A stretch of DNA of 64,000 bases from Gammaproteobacteria bacterium (GTDB lineage Bacteria; Pseudomonadota; Gammaproteobacteria; SZUA-140): assembly GCA_015491865.1 (NCBI GenBank), contig WFVD01000004.1:17294-81293 (forward strand), in the 5' to 3' direction. A program made the translations under genes and the position numbers. Below are positions 23,533 through 35,912 of the stretch, one piece after another. The number at the start of each line of letters is the position of its first letter. Within the stretch, counting starts at the first letter, position 1. Below the pieces are notes generated by a model that saw only the letters and a list, made by a program, of their open reading frames with translations, had not been told where the DNA came from and searched no databases.

Positions 23533-24208
23533 CATAAAAAGTGGCCCATAACATAACAGGGAGTAGCCATTGAGCAAGTGGTGGCCTTTCAACAGGTGGT
23601 AGTATCACTTCGCGCGGCTTCTCTTCGCTAGCGCGCTCAACCACATGGTGAAATATATCGGCTGCTAATCGTCCGATCCCCCTGGCCTTGCGAGGTATGC
23701 GCCCCTTTTCTGGCAGATGAGTGGCGATAAGATCCTGCGCTTCTGCCATCGTTTCAAGCACCAGTGTCATGCGCAGTGCAACCACCTCGGCCTTAATACC
23801 CATCAGCTGTAGTGGGCGCGCAAGAAGATAGATCGCGGCTAACAGCTGCGTTTGTGAAAGTGAACGCAGTAGCAGATTGACACTCGCGATCACCAGCACT
23901 AACGCCAGCACACGCTGTAGTCCACTCGATACCCCCTCCGCAGACGGAAGCCAGCCGCTGAGTAACATCCCATGAACAAGCGGCGTTCCCGGTGTGAACC
24001 AGCAATAGATCACTAATATCGAGAAGAGAAACCAGCGCATCCGACGCAACATCATCCATGCCGATTTCAGAAGAGTGGTGTCACCGCGGTGATAAAGCAG
24101 CGCTAATAGTGACGTGGAAAGTAGCAACACTGGTGCTGACGGGAAGGCCAGTGATGCCACCAGCACCAGAAAGCAGGCGATTAAAATAACAGGTTTGGGT
24201 CTCAGCAT
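23504..24208 (-). CDS. CbiQ/EcfT-like membrane protein
   Basis: Multiple hydrophobic segments, RRMRW...WFTPG, GLQRVLAL, ALRMTL; position directly after fimV. Confidence 0.7.
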   Translation of the reverse strand: MLRPKPVILIACFLVLVASLAFPSAPVLLLSTSLLALLYHRGDTTLLKSAWMMLRRMRWFLFSILVIYCWFTPGTPLVHGMLLSGWLPSAEGVSSGLQRVLALVLVIASVNLLLRSLSQTQLLAAIYLLARPLQLMGIKAEVVALRMTLVLETMAEAQDLIATHLPEKGRIPRKARGIGRLAADIFHHVVERASEEKPREVILPPVERPPLAQWLLPVMLWATFYVSGLLWAHA

Positions 24209-24270
24209 AGCTTAAGTTCACGCAACGAAGTAGTCGCGTAGCGTCACGACATAAACTGGAAACCCTGAGT

Positions 24271-27200
24271 TTACGCGATACGCTCAATTAATTCATTCGC
24301 ATCCTTTTTCTGCTCATCGTTGCCATCGGAAACCACTTCATTAAGAATCCCTTTTGCGCTCTCGCTATCGCCCATATCAATATAGGCTCTGGCAAGGTCC
24401 AGCTTGGTGCCTACTTCATCTTCTGCAGAAAATAGCTCGCTATCATCAATATCATCAAGCGAGGAGATATCATCACTTAGATCAGCAAGCCAGTCATCAT
24501 CACTACTCTCACTGCCCTCACTTTCTTCCAGCCCCGCAAACAGATCTTCCTCGATGTCGTTATCAGAATCGGCGATAGATTCCGTGGTGGTTTCAGTTGT
24601 GGCCGTGGCGGCATCTTCATCAACCAGCACCAGCTCATCACCTAAACCTTCGGTACCGCTCTCTTCAGGTGCCAGCCCCGCTTCAAATTCCAGGTCGTTA
24701 GCCGAATCCAGCTCATTATTATCAAGAGCGGTTGTCGCATCCGCATCATCGAGTGACAATTCATCACTATCAGAGAGCTCTAGTGACAGATCATCACTGA
24801 CATCTACTGTATTATCGGCGACCTCTTCAAACGAAAGCTCATCTGACAGATCAAGGGTATCACTGGCACCAGCATCAACTGCAGCGTCCAGTTCAACGTT
24901 ATCGAGTGCTTTTTCAACATCAGTGGTAGTGTCACCGCTCTGGCTCGCCTTCTTCTCGCTATCAGCATCAGGCGCAGCATGACTCTCCTCTATATCCGAG
25001 ACCATATCCATCGCTGAATCAAGACTCGCTTCCAGCTCATCAAGGTCATCGAGCGTGTCAAATGCGCCATCCAGAGTGCCATCATCCAGCCCACCCAACT
25101 CACCAATGCCATCTTCACTAACGTCAGCAAAAGGGTTATCACTTTCACTCACTGGTGCAGCCAAATCAGCAGCACTATCGGCATCGCTCAGATCCAGTTC
25201 GCCCAGATCCAGCTCGCCACCAAGATCGGGCAGGTCAACATCAAGCTCATCGCTCATGCCTGTGCTGTCCATCACTGCATCAACTTCGTCATTAAAGAGC
25301 AGGCTGGTCGGTGCAATGGTCCGCCCCATCTCGGCAACATTTTTCCAGAGTGCGCTATCCGCAGCTGCGCTACCTAACGATGCTTTCAGACGCTCTGCCT
25401 GTTCAATAAACGCCTCTTTCTTTTCACTCGCGGCATAAACTTCTAATAATTTAACCTGTATATCATGACGCTCTGGCTCATTCTGGACAGCTTCGCTGAG
25501 TAGCTCTTCCGCCTTATCAAAGCGGCGGTATGCCAGGTAGACATCGGCCTCAGCAATTGCATCAATCTCATCCTCGTCGCAGACATCCATTCCGCCTGAA
25601 CCGGAATAGTCAGGAATCACATCATTCAGTACGGATTCGACAGCTTCATCACTAACCACTTCATCTGCTGCAGCCGCTCCATCTTCACTCTGTACTGAAT
25701 AGTCGCTGCCGTCACTGCTCGCCATCTCATCCTCAAAGGCAGCCCTCCGGCGACGCATGACCAGCGCACCGGCAAGCAGGCCGACCAGAGCCAGCCCACC
25801 GAGTGCAAGCATTGGATCAACCCCCCCCAGAACAGGGGTTAATATCGCACCTGCACTCGCCAGAACACCACTCACAATAGCGAGCGCTTCATCAACAATA
25901 GAGGCCTCAACTGGTGGTGTGGCTGGAACCACCGCAGGTGGCGGCGTAGTAACTTGTGAATCAGCAGTTACGCCTTCACCTTGCGTTTCATCGCTAGAGA
26001 TAGCAGCGCTATCTAGCGGCGCCATGGACAACTCAGCCTCTTCAGGGAGCAGCGTTTCAGATACGCTATCGACGCTCTCCTCCACTGCAACGCCCTCTGG
26101 GCCGACCTGCATCGCGGATAAAGTGTCCCCTTTCAGTGTAATCAGGCGCTGCATCGATGCGAGCTGTTCTTCTAATGCAGAGAGCCGTTTACGCAGCTCC
26201 TCATTCTCCTGCCGACTGACATCGACAGACTCAAGTGCAAAAGCCAGCTCCTGGCGGACATCGCCATCGCTCGCGCCCAATACACTGCCGGAGGCTATTT
26301 GAGAATCACCTTCATCCGGTGCGACCAGCGTCAGACGAGGCTCGGTAACACTACCACTACTGGCCCCGGCCGTTTTGCCCTTAAGACCTAATGGACGTTG
26401 GCCTGCCGCTAACGCAGTGGAGTGTTTTGCATCTACCCACTGTTCATAATGAAGTTTTGCAATGCGCTCCGCTTCTACAGCTGAGGTATCCGAGATAGTG
26501 GCGGGATCCGAGATTCGTAGAAAATAACCCGCTTTCAGATCATTAATATTCTGAGTCTCAAACGCCTCCGGGTTTTCATTCAGCAGGGCGATCATCACCT
26601 GCTGCACCGTGACGCGCTTATCTGGCCTCATCTGCGAAGCGATACGCCATAATGTATCAGTCCGTTTTACTGGACCATAAACAATCTCACCACGCTCCGT
26701 GGTTGAAAGGGTAGTTGTACGAGGGGTAAAGCGAGGAAGCTCACGGGAAGTCTGCCCAGCGGCACTATCTGCCAAGGTCACCGCCGCCCCCTCAGCAGAA
26801 GAAGGCAACTCATCATCCAGCAGCGGGATATCAAGCGCCGCAGGACGCTCATCTACCAGCACCGGTGGATCCAGCAGCAGCGTATACTCACGCAACACCC
26901 GCCCACCCGGCCAGTTTGCTTCAATAATAAAATCGAGAAATGGCTCTTTTACAGTCTCGCGTGATGTGATTTTAAGATAAGCGTCGCCATTAACGCGCTT
27001 CGCCACCTGGAACTTAAATTGAGTGAGGAAATGGGGGCGATCAATGCCAGCCTTTTCGAAGGCTTCTCTGGATGCCAGTTTGACAACGATATCGGCAACA
27101 TCTGTGCGGCCAACTGAGAGCAGCCCTATTTCAGCATCCAGCGCCTGATTGAGCGCTGAATGGAGCTTGATCTCGCCAAGACCGAGTGAAAAACTATTAA

Positions 27201-27297
27201 CCGGCAGCAACAATAGAAGCATGGCAAAAAACTTGGCCGAATCCTTCATGAGTCCAGGTAACATTCCATCTCCTTTTCGTCTAAACATCGTCTGCAC
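24271..27297 (-). CDS. fimV: FimV/HubP polar landmark protein
   Basis: LGLGEIKLHSALNQ, REYTLLLDPP, LysM (DTLWRIA), coiled coil, TM, AEADVYLAY, long acidic tract, C-terminal TKLDLARAYIDMGD; true start probably a few codons downstream. Confidence 0.94.
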   Translation of the reverse strand: MQTMFRRKGDGMLPGLMKDSAKFFAMLLLLLPVNSFSLGLGEIKLHSALNQALDAEIGLLSVGRTDVADIVVKLASREAFEKAGIDRPHFLTQFKFQVAKRVNGDAYLKITSRETVKEPFLDFIIEANWPGGRVLREYTLLLDPPVLVDERPAALDIPLLDDELPSSAEGAAVTLADSAAGQTSRELPRFTPRTTTLSTTERGEIVYGPVKRTDTLWRIASQMRPDKRVTVQQVMIALLNENPEAFETQNINDLKAGYFLRISDPATISDTSAVEAERIAKLHYEQWVDAKHSTALAAGQRPLGLKGKTAGASSGSVTEPRLTLVAPDEGDSQIASGSVLGASDGDVRQELAFALESVDVSRQENEELRKRLSALEEQLASMQRLITLKGDTLSAMQVGPEGVAVEESVDSVSETLLPEEAELSMAPLDSAAISSDETQGEGVTADSQVTTPPPAVVPATPPVEASIVDEALAIVSGVLASAGAILTPVLGGVDPMLALGGLALVGLLAGALVMRRRRAAFEDEMASSDGSDYSVQSEDGAAAADEVVSDEAVESVLNDVIPDYSGSGGMDVCDEDEIDAIAEADVYLAYRRFDKAEELLSEAVQNEPERHDIQVKLLEVYAASEKKEAFIEQAERLKASLGSAAADSALWKNVAEMGRTIAPTSLLFNDEVDAVMDSTGMSDELDVDLPDLGGELDLGELDLSDADSAADLAAPVSESDNPFADVSEDGIGELGGLDDGTLDGAFDTLDDLDELEASLDSAMDMVSDIEESHAAPDADSEKKASQSGDTTTDVEKALDNVELDAAVDAGASDTLDLSDELSFEEVADNTVDVSDDLSLELSDSDELSLDDADATTALDNNELDSANDLEFEAGLAPEESGTEGLGDELVLVDEDAATATTETTTESIADSDNDIEEDLFAGLEESEGSESSDDDWLADLSDDISSLDDIDDSELFSAEDEVGTKLDLARAYIDMGDSESAKGILNEVVSDGNDEQKKDANELIERIA

Positions 27298-27351
27298 CTT
27301 AAAAATCTTGTCATTGCAAGGTAGTTAACGGCAGCTCTTCGCAGAAACTCA

Positions 27352-28380
27352 CTAATTTATATAATCATTTATCAAAATTTCTGCAATTTGAACGCTATTT
27401 AATGCCGCCCCCTTCCTGACATTGTCTGCGACAACCCATAAATTCAAACCCCGAGGGTGTGAAATATCTTCGCGTACCCGCCCCACATAGACAGGGTCTG
27501 TCCCCACGGACTCCGTCACTGCCGTTGGGTAACCACCATCTTCACGTTCATCCAGCACCACGACCCCCGGAGCGTCCTGAAGTGCTGCAGTGGCAACATC
27601 AACCGAGATTTTCTCCCGGGTCTCGATATGCACCGCCTCAGAGTGGCCATAAAAAACAGGCACTCTCACCGCAGTCGGGTTAACCACAATATCGTCATCA
27701 GCAAAGATTTTCTTAGTCTCCCACACCATCTTCATCTCTTCTTTGGTGTAACCGTTCTCAAGGAAAACATCGATTTGCGGTAAAGCATTAAAGGCGATCT
27801 GTTTTGGATAGACCCCTCGCTTCACATCCTGCGTATTGAGCAGTGCCGCTGTCTGCCCTGCCAGCTCTTCAATGGCCGATTTTCCGCTACCGGAAACCGC
27901 CTGGTAGGTGCAGACATTGATACGCTCGATTCCAGCCCGGTCATATATAGGCTTCAGCGCCACCAGCATCTGAATGGTTGAGCAGTTTGGATTGGCGATG
28001 ATGTTGCGATTTTTGTATTGAGCGACCGCCTCCGGGTTGACTTCCGGGACCACAAGCGGAATGTCATCGTCATAACGGAAGTGCGAGGTGTTATCAATTA
28101 CTACGCATCCCGCTTCACCTGCGATCGGCGCATATTTCGCGGAGATATCCCCCCCCGCCGAAAAGAGTGCGACATCGACTTTTGAGAAATCAAACGTACC
28201 AAGCTCTTCGACCCTCACATGTTTACCGTTAAACTCAACACGTTTACCCGCTGAACGGCTGCTCGCGAGCGGATATAAATTATCAACCGGGAAATTACGC
28301 TCGGCCAGTATTTCAATAATGGTTTCACCCACCGCTCCGGTTGCCCCCACCACTGCCACATTATATTTTTTACTCATCAC
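27352..28380 (-). CDS. asd: Aspartate-semialdehyde dehydrogenase
   Basis: VGATGAVG, IIANPNCST, YQAVSGSG, DNVRKGAALN. Confidence 0.97.
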   Translation of the reverse strand: MMSKKYNVAVVGATGAVGETIIEILAERNFPVDNLYPLASSRSAGKRVEFNGKHVRVEELGTFDFSKVDVALFSAGGDISAKYAPIAGEAGCVVIDNTSHFRYDDDIPLVVPEVNPEAVAQYKNRNIIANPNCSTIQMLVALKPIYDRAGIERINVCTYQAVSGSGKSAIEELAGQTAALLNTQDVKRGVYPKQIAFNALPQIDVFLENGYTKEEMKMVWETKKIFADDDIVVNPTAVRVPVFYGHSEAVHIETREKISVDVATAALQDAPGVVVLDEREDGGYPTAVTESVGTDPVYVGRVREDISHPRGLNLWVVADNVRKGAALNSVQIAEILINDYIN

Positions 28381-28434
28381 AGTTTTCCTTACGCATATCT
28401 TTATTAATCTATCCCACTCACTTTTTCTGAATAC

Positions 28435-29511
28435 TCAATTCAGCGCCGCCACAATCGCATCGCCCATTTCGCTGGTCGATACTCGGCGGAGTCCTGCGGT
28501 ATGAATATCCGCGGTGCGAAGCCCATCATCCAGCACCCTGTTAACGGCCGCTTCGATGCGATCCGCCATGGCTGTTTGATCCAGCGAGTATCGCAGTAAC
28601 ATCGCAACCGACAGAATTGTCGCAATCGGATTGGCAACCCCCTTCCCTGCAATGTCTGGCGCAGAACCGTGAATCGGTTCATACATCCCCTTGCCATTTG
28701 CATCGAGTGATGCCGATGGCAGCATACCGATTGAACCGGTCAACATCGCCGCGCAGTCCGATAGGATGTCACCAAACATATTGGTGGTCACCATCACATC
28801 AAACTGCTTCGGCGCGCGCACCAGCTGCATCGCTGCATTATCAACGTACATGTGGCTTAGCTCGACCTCGGGATACTCTTTCGCCATGCGGTTCATCACC
28901 TCGCGCCATAGCTCGGTACATTCCAGCACGTTCGCTTTATCGACCGAGCAGAGGCGCTTACCGCGCTTCATCGCAATCTCGAATGCTGAGCGGCCGATAC
29001 GTTCAATCTCCGACTCTTTATAGATGAGCGTATTAAATCCCTGTTTCTCACCATTCTCCAGCGTACGCACACCACGCGGCTGACCAAAGTAGATGCCGCC
29101 GGTCAGTTCACGCACAATCATGATATCCAGCCCCGCAACAACCTCTGGTTTCAGCGTCGACGCCTCAGCCAGCTGCGGGTAGAGAATTGCCGGGCGCAGA
29201 TTAGAGAAGAGTTCCAGGTTAGCTCGTAGCCCTAGCAGCCCCTTTTCCGGGCGTACTGCAATATCGAGTGATTCCCATTTGTGGCCACCGACAGCACCCA
29301 GCAGAATCGCATCACAGCCCTTCGCTTTATCAAGCGTCTCATCCGGCAGTGGAAAACCCGCCGCATCATAAGCCGCCCCGCCCACCAGCGCATGGTCAAG
29401 CTCAATCGCCAGGCCGTGATTTTTCTGTAGTGATTCAAGCACCTTCACCGCCTCCGCCACAATCTCAGGACCGATGCCGTCGCCAGGTAAAACCAGTATT
29501 TTTTTTGTCAT
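28435..29511 (-). CDS. leuB: 3-isopropylmalate dehydrogenase
   Basis: [40 protein letters not shown]. Confidence 0.98.
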   Translation of the reverse strand: MTKKILVLPGDGIGPEIVAEAVKVLESLQKNHGLAIELDHALVGGAAYDAAGFPLPDETLDKAKGCDAILLGAVGGHKWESLDIAVRPEKGLLGLRANLELFSNLRPAILYPQLAEASTLKPEVVAGLDIMIVRELTGGIYFGQPRGVRTLENGEKQGFNTLIYKESEIERIGRSAFEIAMKRGKRLCSVDKANVLECTELWREVMNRMAKEYPEVELSHMYVDNAAMQLVRAPKQFDVMVTTNMFGDILSDCAAMLTGSIGMLPSASLDANGKGMYEPIHGSAPDIAGKGVANPIATILSVAMLLRYSLDQTAMADRIEAAVNRVLDDGLRTADIHTAGLRRVSTSEMGDAIVAALN

Positions 29512-29566
29512 GACTTCTCTTCCACACTCTGTTTTATTGTTTCAGTTCTTTCGCCAATGGCTTCGC

Positions 29567-30208
29567 TTAAGAGGCGAACAGCCACGGTGCTTCCTGTTTT
29601 CGTTTCGCCTCATAGTCGCGCACCGCATCGGCATGTTGCAGACTCAGGCCGATCTCATCCAGTCCCTGTAACAGGCACTCTTTACGAAAGTTGTCGATTT
29701 CGAAAAGGATCACCTCACCACTCGGCAAGGTAACATGCTGCGCTGCCAAATCAACCTGTAACTGGTAACCCTCATTAGCATCAATCTCTTTAAAGATACG
29801 CTCCACTTCATCCGCGCTCAACGCTATCGGCAGCACCCCATTTTTAAAGCAGTTGTTATAAAAGATATCTGCAAAACTCGGTGCGATCACCACACGAATA
29901 CCGTAATCATGCAACGCCCATACCGCATGTTCCCGTGAAGAGCCGCAACCAAAGTTGTCACGCGCGATCAAAATCTGTGCGCCGCTAAAGCGCGGCAGGT
30001 TCAATGCAAATTCACTATTGACCGGACGCCCACTATTATCCTGGTCCGGCTCACCCACATCGAGATAACGCCACTCATCAAACAGGTTAGGACCAAAGCC
30101 GCTACGTTTTACCGATTTCAGAAACTGCTTGGGAATAATCGCATCGGTATCGACATTGGCACGATCAATCGGCACAACCAACCCATTTAATGTTGTAAAT
30201 GCATCCAT
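29567..30208 (-). CDS. leuD: 3-isopropylmalate dehydratase small subunit
   Basis: [30 protein letters not shown]. Confidence 0.98.
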   Translation of the reverse strand: MDAFTTLNGLVVPIDRANVDTDAIIPKQFLKSVKRSGFGPNLFDEWRYLDVGEPDQDNSGRPVNSEFALNLPRFSGAQILIARDNFGCGSSREHAVWALHDYGIRVVIAPSFADIFYNNCFKNGVLPIALSADEVERIFKEIDANEGYQLQVDLAAQHVTLPSGEVILFEIDNFRKECLLQGLDEIGLSLQHADAVRDYEAKRKQEAPWLFAS

Positions 30209-30210
30209 TG

Positions 30211-31644
30211 TTACACCTCCTCACTCTTTGTCGCTTTCGGCTCTTGCGTGACATCGACAAAATGGCCCGCAATCGCAGCCGCGGCCGCCATCGCCGGACT
30301 GACCAGATGAGTACGCCCACCCTGCCCCTGACGCCCTTCAAAATTTCGATTGGAGGTCGAAGCGCAGTGCTCACCATCACCCAGTCGATCCGCATTCATC
30401 GCCAGACACATTGAGCAACCCGGCTCGCGCCACTCAAAACCGGCCTCGATAAAAATTCTGTCAAGCCCTTCCGCCTCGGCCTGACGCTTTACCAGCCCCG
30501 AACCTGGCACTACCAGCGCCTGATTAACACTCGCCGCCACATGGCGACCGTTAATCACCGCCGCCGCATCACGCAGATCTTCAATGCGAGAATTGGTGCA
30601 GGAACCGATAAAAACCTTATTAAGCTTGATAGTCGTAATCGCCTGCCCGCCTTCAAGCCCCATGTAGGCCAGCGCGCGTTCGATATTGCCACGCTTGACA
30701 CCATCCGCCTCATCTTCGGGGCGCGGCACCGCGCCACTGACCGGCAACACCATCTCCGGGGAGGTGCCCCAGGTCACCTGCGGCTCAATTGTTGCGCCGT
30801 CTATGGTGACGACGCGATCAAATTCGGCGCCGTCATCACTGTGCAGCTCAAGCCACGCAACTTTTGCCTGCTCCCACTGTTCGCCCTTTGGCGCATAGGT
30901 GCGTCCGCGCACATATTCGATCGTCTTTTCGTCAACCGCGACCATTCCGGCACGTGCGCCCGCCTCTATCGTCATGTTGCAGAGTGTCATACGCCCTTCA
31001 ATTGATAGCGCACGCACTGCCTCCCCACCAAATTCAATCGCATAACCGGTGCCGCCAGCAGTGCCGATCTTTCCGATGATCGCCAGCGCCATATCCTTGG
31101 CCGAAACCCCATCACGCAACCGACCATTCACCTCCACCAGCATGTTTTTCGATTTTTTCTGGATCAGACACTGCGTTGCCAGCACATGCTCCACTTCAGA
31201 GGTGCCGATGCCAAACGAGAGCGCGCCGAGTGCACCGTGGGTTGAGGTGTGAGAGTCTCCGCACACCACCGTCATCCCCGGCAATGTTGCACCCGACTCC
31301 GGGCCAACCACATGAACGATCCCCTGACGCGGGTCATCCATCTTATATTCGGTCAGGCCAAATTCGTTGCAGTTGCTATCCAGCGTCTCAACCTGAATCC
31401 GAGCCACCGTCTCTTCGATCCCCTTACTGCGGTCGGTGGTCGGCACGTTGTGATCCGGTGTCGCCAACACAGAATCAGCACGCCACGGCTTTCGCCCCGC
31501 CATCCGCAGCCCCTCAAAGGCCTGTGGTGAGGTCACCTCGTGGACCAGATGTCTATCTATATAGAGAACGCTCGCTCCCTCATCTGTTTCACGAACCTGA
31601 TGTGAATTCCATAATTTATCATATAACGTACTCTTTAACATCAT
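30211..31644 (-). CDS. leuC: 3-isopropylmalate dehydratase large subunit
   Basis: [44 protein letters not shown]. Confidence 0.98.
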   Translation of the reverse strand: MMLKSTLYDKLWNSHQVRETDEGASVLYIDRHLVHEVTSPQAFEGLRMAGRKPWRADSVLATPDHNVPTTDRSKGIEETVARIQVETLDSNCNEFGLTEYKMDDPRQGIVHVVGPESGATLPGMTVVCGDSHTSTHGALGALSFGIGTSEVEHVLATQCLIQKKSKNMLVEVNGRLRDGVSAKDMALAIIGKIGTAGGTGYAIEFGGEAVRALSIEGRMTLCNMTIEAGARAGMVAVDEKTIEYVRGRTYAPKGEQWEQAKVAWLELHSDDGAEFDRVVTIDGATIEPQVTWGTSPEMVLPVSGAVPRPEDEADGVKRGNIERALAYMGLEGGQAITTIKLNKVFIGSCTNSRIEDLRDAAAVINGRHVAASVNQALVVPGSGLVKRQAEAEGLDRIFIEAGFEWREPGCSMCLAMNADRLGDGEHCASTSNRNFEGRQGQGGRTHLVSPAMAAAAAIAGHFVDVTQEPKATKSEEV

Positions 31645-31750
31645 ATTTACCCCGTCTTTTATTCTCTTTTGAGATGCTACCTACCCTCTTAATGAGGGCA
31701 ATATACGCCGATCACACCCATTAATCTAATTCATCTTTATCATCTATTGC

Positions 31751-31765
31751 ATTCCTTAGTGGAAT
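31751..31765. promoter_or_regulatory. Putative LysR recognition site (T-N11-A dyad)
   Basis: ATTCC-TTAGT-GGAAT between the divergent leuC and LysR genes. Confidence 0.6.
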
Positions 31766-31782
31766 ATATAAAATCCCCTCTC

Positions 31783-32661
31783 ATGAACTTTTCAGACCTG
31801 AAGACCTTTGTCTGCGTCGCTGAACAGCACTCCTTTTCACTGGCGGCTGAGCGGCTACACCTGACTCAACCCGCCATCAGCAAACGAGTCGCCGCACTGG
31901 AAGGGGCGCTAGATACGAGACTCTTTGACCGCATCGGCCGCTCGGTACAGCTCACCTCCGCCGGCAGCGCACTGTTGACTCACGCCCGGAAAATCCTCAT
32001 CGAAGTCGAAGATAGCCGCCGCGCCATCCACAACCTTTCCGGCGAAATCAGCGGAAAACTGAGCATCGGCACCAGCCACCATATCGGCCTGCACCGCCTG
32101 CCCGCGGTACTCAAACAGTTTGGTCAACGCCACCCTTCGGTGCAACTCAACCTCCACTTTCTAGATTCAGAGGCGGCCTGCGGAAAGGTCGAACAGGGCG
32201 AATTAGAGCTGGCGGTGGTGACACTGCCGCCACTAAGTATATCGGGGGCCGAGCGCTCGCTGACGATGATCCCGATCTGGCAGGATCCACTGGTGCTGGT
32301 AACCGCCTTTGACCACCCGCTCTGCTCACTGCATCAGATCACCACTGCGTCACTCGCCCAGCACGCCGCGATCCTCCCCTCACAGGGTACCTTTACCCGC
32401 AAGCTGATCGACCATCACCTCAATAGCAAGCGACAACCACTCAATGTGCGGCTCGAAACCAACTATCTCGAGACCATCAAGATGCTGGTCTCAATCGGCC
32501 AGGGGTGGAGTGTGCTGCCCGAAACATTGATCGATGAGAGTCTGCTCGCCCACAGCGGCCACTTTTCGGCCAGGCGCATCCTTGGTGTCGTTCACCACCC
32601 ACAACGGACGCTCAGCAACGCCGCGCACGCCTTTATCACAACATGCAAGCAGCCGCCGTAA
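31783..32661 (+). CDS. LysR-family regulator divergent from leuC
   Basis: SFSLAAERLHLTQPAISKRVAALE HTH, LFDR, substrate-binding domain; start at ATG 31783. Confidence 0.93.
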   Translation: MNFSDLKTFVCVAEQHSFSLAAERLHLTQPAISKRVAALEGALDTRLFDRIGRSVQLTSAGSALLTHARKILIEVEDSRRAIHNLSGEISGKLSIGTSHHIGLHRLPAVLKQFGQRHPSVQLNLHFLDSEAACGKVEQGELELAVVTLPPLSISGAERSLTMIPIWQDPLVLVTAFDHPLCSLHQITTASLAQHAAILPSQGTFTRKLIDHHLNSKRQPLNVRLETNYLETIKMLVSIGQGWSVLPETLIDESLLAHSGHFSARRILGVVHHPQRTLSNAAHAFITTCKQPP

Positions 32662-32761
32662 AGGCTTACTGAATCACGAAAAAGCCAGCGTTAAACCTCG
32701 AATAATTGAGGGATTTTAGGTAGGATAGCGGCTTCAATTCAACCGGGTATCAGTGACAGGC

Positions 32762-33622
32762 ATGAGTGCAAAAATCATCGATGGCAACGCGATCGCCAGC
32801 CAGATTCGTCAAAATGTTAAACAACGCGTTGAAAAGCGCCTCGCTGATGGCATGCGCGCACCGGGCCTCGCCGTGATTCTAGTGGGACAGGATCCCGCCT
32901 CTGCGCTATATGTCAACAGCAAGCGGCGCGACTGCGCCGAGGTCGGCTTTACCTCAAAATCACACGACCTGCCGGCGGATACCACTGAACAAGCTTTGCT
33001 GACGCTGATTGAACAGCTCAACGACGATAGTACCATCGACGGTATTCTGGTACAGCTACCGCTGCCGCCACAGATCGACCCCAAAACTGTGATCGAGACG
33101 ATCCATCCGGATAAAGATGTCGATGGCTTTCACCCCTATAATATCGGTCGCCTGACACAACGCACCCCGCTGCTACGCCCCTGCACACCACTAGGGATCA
33201 TGACCCTGCTCGAACATACCGGTGAAAAGATTCAGGGCATGGAGGCAGTGGTGGTTGGCGCATCCAATATCGTCGGCCGCCCGATGGGACTGGAGCTACT
33301 ACTCGCGGGCTGCACCGTCACTACCTGCCATCGCTTCACTCAGAATACCCACGAACATGTTTCGCGTGCAGACATCGTAGTGGTCGCGGTCGGCAAACCC
33401 GGCATTGTTAAGGGAGAATGGATCAAGCCCGGCGCGATGGTAATTGATGTCGGTATCAATCGCGATGCCAATGGTAAACTGATCGGTGATGTCGATTTTG
33501 ATGCTGCCGCCAAACGCGCCGGCTGGATCACCCCGGTACCGGGCGGCGTCGGCCCAATGACCCGCGCCACCCTGTTACAAAACACACTTTACGCCGCTGA
33601 GAGCCTGCATCTCGACAATTAA
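32762..33622 (+). CDS. folD: Methylenetetrahydrofolate dehydrogenase/cyclohydrolase
   Basis: [40 protein letters not shown]. Confidence 0.98.
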   Translation: MSAKIIDGNAIASQIRQNVKQRVEKRLADGMRAPGLAVILVGQDPASALYVNSKRRDCAEVGFTSKSHDLPADTTEQALLTLIEQLNDDSTIDGILVQLPLPPQIDPKTVIETIHPDKDVDGFHPYNIGRLTQRTPLLRPCTPLGIMTLLEHTGEKIQGMEAVVVGASNIVGRPMGLELLLAGCTVTTCHRFTQNTHEHVSRADIVVVAVGKPGIVKGEWIKPGAMVIDVGINRDANGKLIGDVDFDAAAKRAGWITPVPGGVGPMTRATLLQNTLYAAESLHLDN

Positions 33623-33727
33623 CGCACACACCCATCTCAGCTATAATCTGCACTCCTAGAGTAGAGATAGCGGCCTTTCCCGGCGGAAGCTCGCTTCATC
33701 ACCCAGCAAACAAGGACGCCACCAGGC

Positions 33728-35452
33728 ATGAGCGACACCGAACACTCCGAATCAGGCAGCAGGCCATCCAACTTCATTCGCAACATCATCGATGAAGATA
33801 TCAGGAACAATAAAAACGGTGGCCGCGTTGTCACCCGCTTTCCGCCTGAACCCAACGGCTACCTGCATATCGGCCATGCAAAGTCGATTCTGCTGAATTT
33901 TGGCCTTGCCGAAGATTACAACGGCCACTGCAACCTCCGTTTTGATGACACCAATCCGCATAAAGAGAACATCGAATTTGTGGAGGCGATTAAAAAAGAT
34001 GTTGCCTGGCTCGGTTGCGACTGGGGTGACAGACTCTTCTTCTCATCTGACTATTTTGATGCGCTGTATGAGTTTGCAATGCAACTGATCAAAAAAAAGA
34101 AAGCCTATGTCTGCGATCTTAGTGCTGAAGCGATGCGTGAATATCGCGGCACGTTGACGGAAGCGGGCAAAGATAGTCCGTTTCGTAACCGTACTGTTGA
34201 GGAGAATCTGGATCTGTTTGCACGCATGAAAGCGGGCGAGTTTGAGGATGGCACCAAAGTGCTGCGTGCTAAAATCGACATGGCCTCACCCAATATTAAT
34301 CTGCGTGATCCGACCATTTACCGCATCCGCCGCGGCGTCATCCACCACCAGACCGGCGCAGAGTGGTGCCTCTACCCGATGTATGATTTCACTCACTGCC
34401 TTTCTGATGCGCTGGAGGGAATCACCCATTCGATCTGTACGCTGGAGTTTGAAGATCACCGCCCGCTCTATGACTGGTTTCTCGATACGCTGGAGACGTC
34501 GTGTCACCCACAACAGATCGAATTTTCACGCCTCAACCTGGAACATACCGTCACCAGTAAACGCAAGCTGACCGAACTGATTGAGAGCGGCCATGTCGCG
34601 GGGTGGGATGACCCACGTATGCCGACCATCGCCGGCCTGCGTCGTCGCGGTTACACCCCTGCCGCGCTGCGTGAATTCTGTCGGCGAATCGGCGTCACAA
34701 AATCAGATAATGTGATCGAAATGGGCGTGCTTGAGGGGTGTATTCGTGATGACCTGAATAAACATTCACCACGTCGCATGGCAGTACTCAATCCACTCAA
34801 AGTGGTGATTACCAATTTCCCTGAAGATGATGAAGTTTTTGAAGCTGCCAACCACCCTCAGGATGAGACTTTTGGCGTGCGAAAAATACCTTTTAGTCGC
34901 GAGCTTTATATCGACCGGGCTGATTTTGAGGAGGTTCCACCAAAGAAATATAAACGACTGATCCCCGGTGGTGAGGTTCGACTAAGAAATGCATACGTGA
35001 TCCGCTGCGATGAGGTGGTAAAAGATAGCGACGGCAACGTGGTCGAACTTCACTGCAGCTATGATGCTGACACCCGCGGCAAAAAACCAGAGGGACGCAA
35101 AGTAAAAGGGGTGATTCACTGGGTCTCTGCCAGACATGCGATCGAAGCGGAGGTGCGCCTTTATGACCGCCTCTTCAACCACCCAACGCCCGACAATAGT
35201 AAAGATGGGCTGTCGTACCTCGACCACCTCAACCCCGGCTCGCTGCGCACGCTCACCCGCTGTTACCTTGAGCCATCACTGGGCGACGCCTCACCGGGTG
35301 ACCAGTTTCAATTTGAACGCGAGGGGTATTTCTCGCTTGACTCCTCATGCCAGCCTGACCATCAAACAGGCGAGCGAGCGAGAAGTAAGTCGATTTTCAA
35401 TCGCACCGTCACATTGCGCGACACATGGGCGAAGATTGAAAAGAAACGGTAG
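33728..35452 (+). CDS. glnS: Glutamine--tRNA ligase
   Basis: [47 protein letters not shown]. Confidence 0.97.
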   Translation: MSDTEHSESGSRPSNFIRNIIDEDIRNNKNGGRVVTRFPPEPNGYLHIGHAKSILLNFGLAEDYNGHCNLRFDDTNPHKENIEFVEAIKKDVAWLGCDWGDRLFFSSDYFDALYEFAMQLIKKKKAYVCDLSAEAMREYRGTLTEAGKDSPFRNRTVEENLDLFARMKAGEFEDGTKVLRAKIDMASPNINLRDPTIYRIRRGVIHHQTGAEWCLYPMYDFTHCLSDALEGITHSICTLEFEDHRPLYDWFLDTLETSCHPQQIEFSRLNLEHTVTSKRKLTELIESGHVAGWDDPRMPTIAGLRRRGYTPAALREFCRRIGVTKSDNVIEMGVLEGCIRDDLNKHSPRRMAVLNPLKVVITNFPEDDEVFEAANHPQDETFGVRKIPFSRELYIDRADFEEVPPKKYKRLIPGGEVRLRNAYVIRCDEVVKDSDGNVVELHCSYDADTRGKKPEGRKVKGVIHWVSARHAIEAEVRLYDRLFNHPTPDNSKDGLSYLDHLNPGSLRTLTRCYLEPSLGDASPGDQFQFEREGYFSLDSSCQPDHQTGERARSKSIFNRTVTLRDTWAKIEKKR

Positions 35453-35474
35453 ACTGAGGTGAAAGTACGCTGCT

Positions 35475-35822
35475 TTAATCGCCCCCTTCCGGGGGGCTTT
35501 GTGTCAATGCCGGTGAAAAAACTGACTCAGATGCCGCCATCAATTCACGCCCGGCAAACTCATCTTCAAACATCAGCCCCACCATGCCCCGCTTAATATG
35601 GATAACCATTGACCGCAAACGGCAGCGGATCTGTCCCGGAAAATCAGCACTGGCGAAATCGAGTGTAACGATCTGCCGCCGTTTTAATCCGATACCAGGG
35701 TTGAGAATACAGACGCCACCCGGGCTGACATTTAGACTTTTGGTGAGACCAACAACCCTATCCCCTACCACTACCCGAACCATCTGTTCAACCGAACGAC
35801 GTGAACCCAGTCGGTGTTCCAT
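35475..35822 (-). CDS. Single-domain PilZ protein
   Basis: RxxxR (RLGSR) and (D/N)xSxxG (NVSPGG) motifs, C-terminal GLMF strand, GGAGG RBS upstream. Confidence 0.8.
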   Translation of the reverse strand: MEHRLGSRRSVEQMVRVVVGDRVVGLTKSLNVSPGGVCILNPGIGLKRRQIVTLDFASADFPGQIRCRLRSMVIHIKRGMVGLMFEDEFAGRELMAASESVFSPALTQSPPEGGD

Positions 35823-35912
35823 ACTAGCACCTCCATTTGTGAGTCAATAACGCTGGCCATACAACAACAGCAGCAGGCTTTGTTTAAAGATACAGCTAAC
35901 GGAGACAAGTGG

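Noticed and set aside
24404..26980. Ser-rich + strand ORFs
   Set aside because: Antisense shadows of the acidic, low-complexity fimV sequence.
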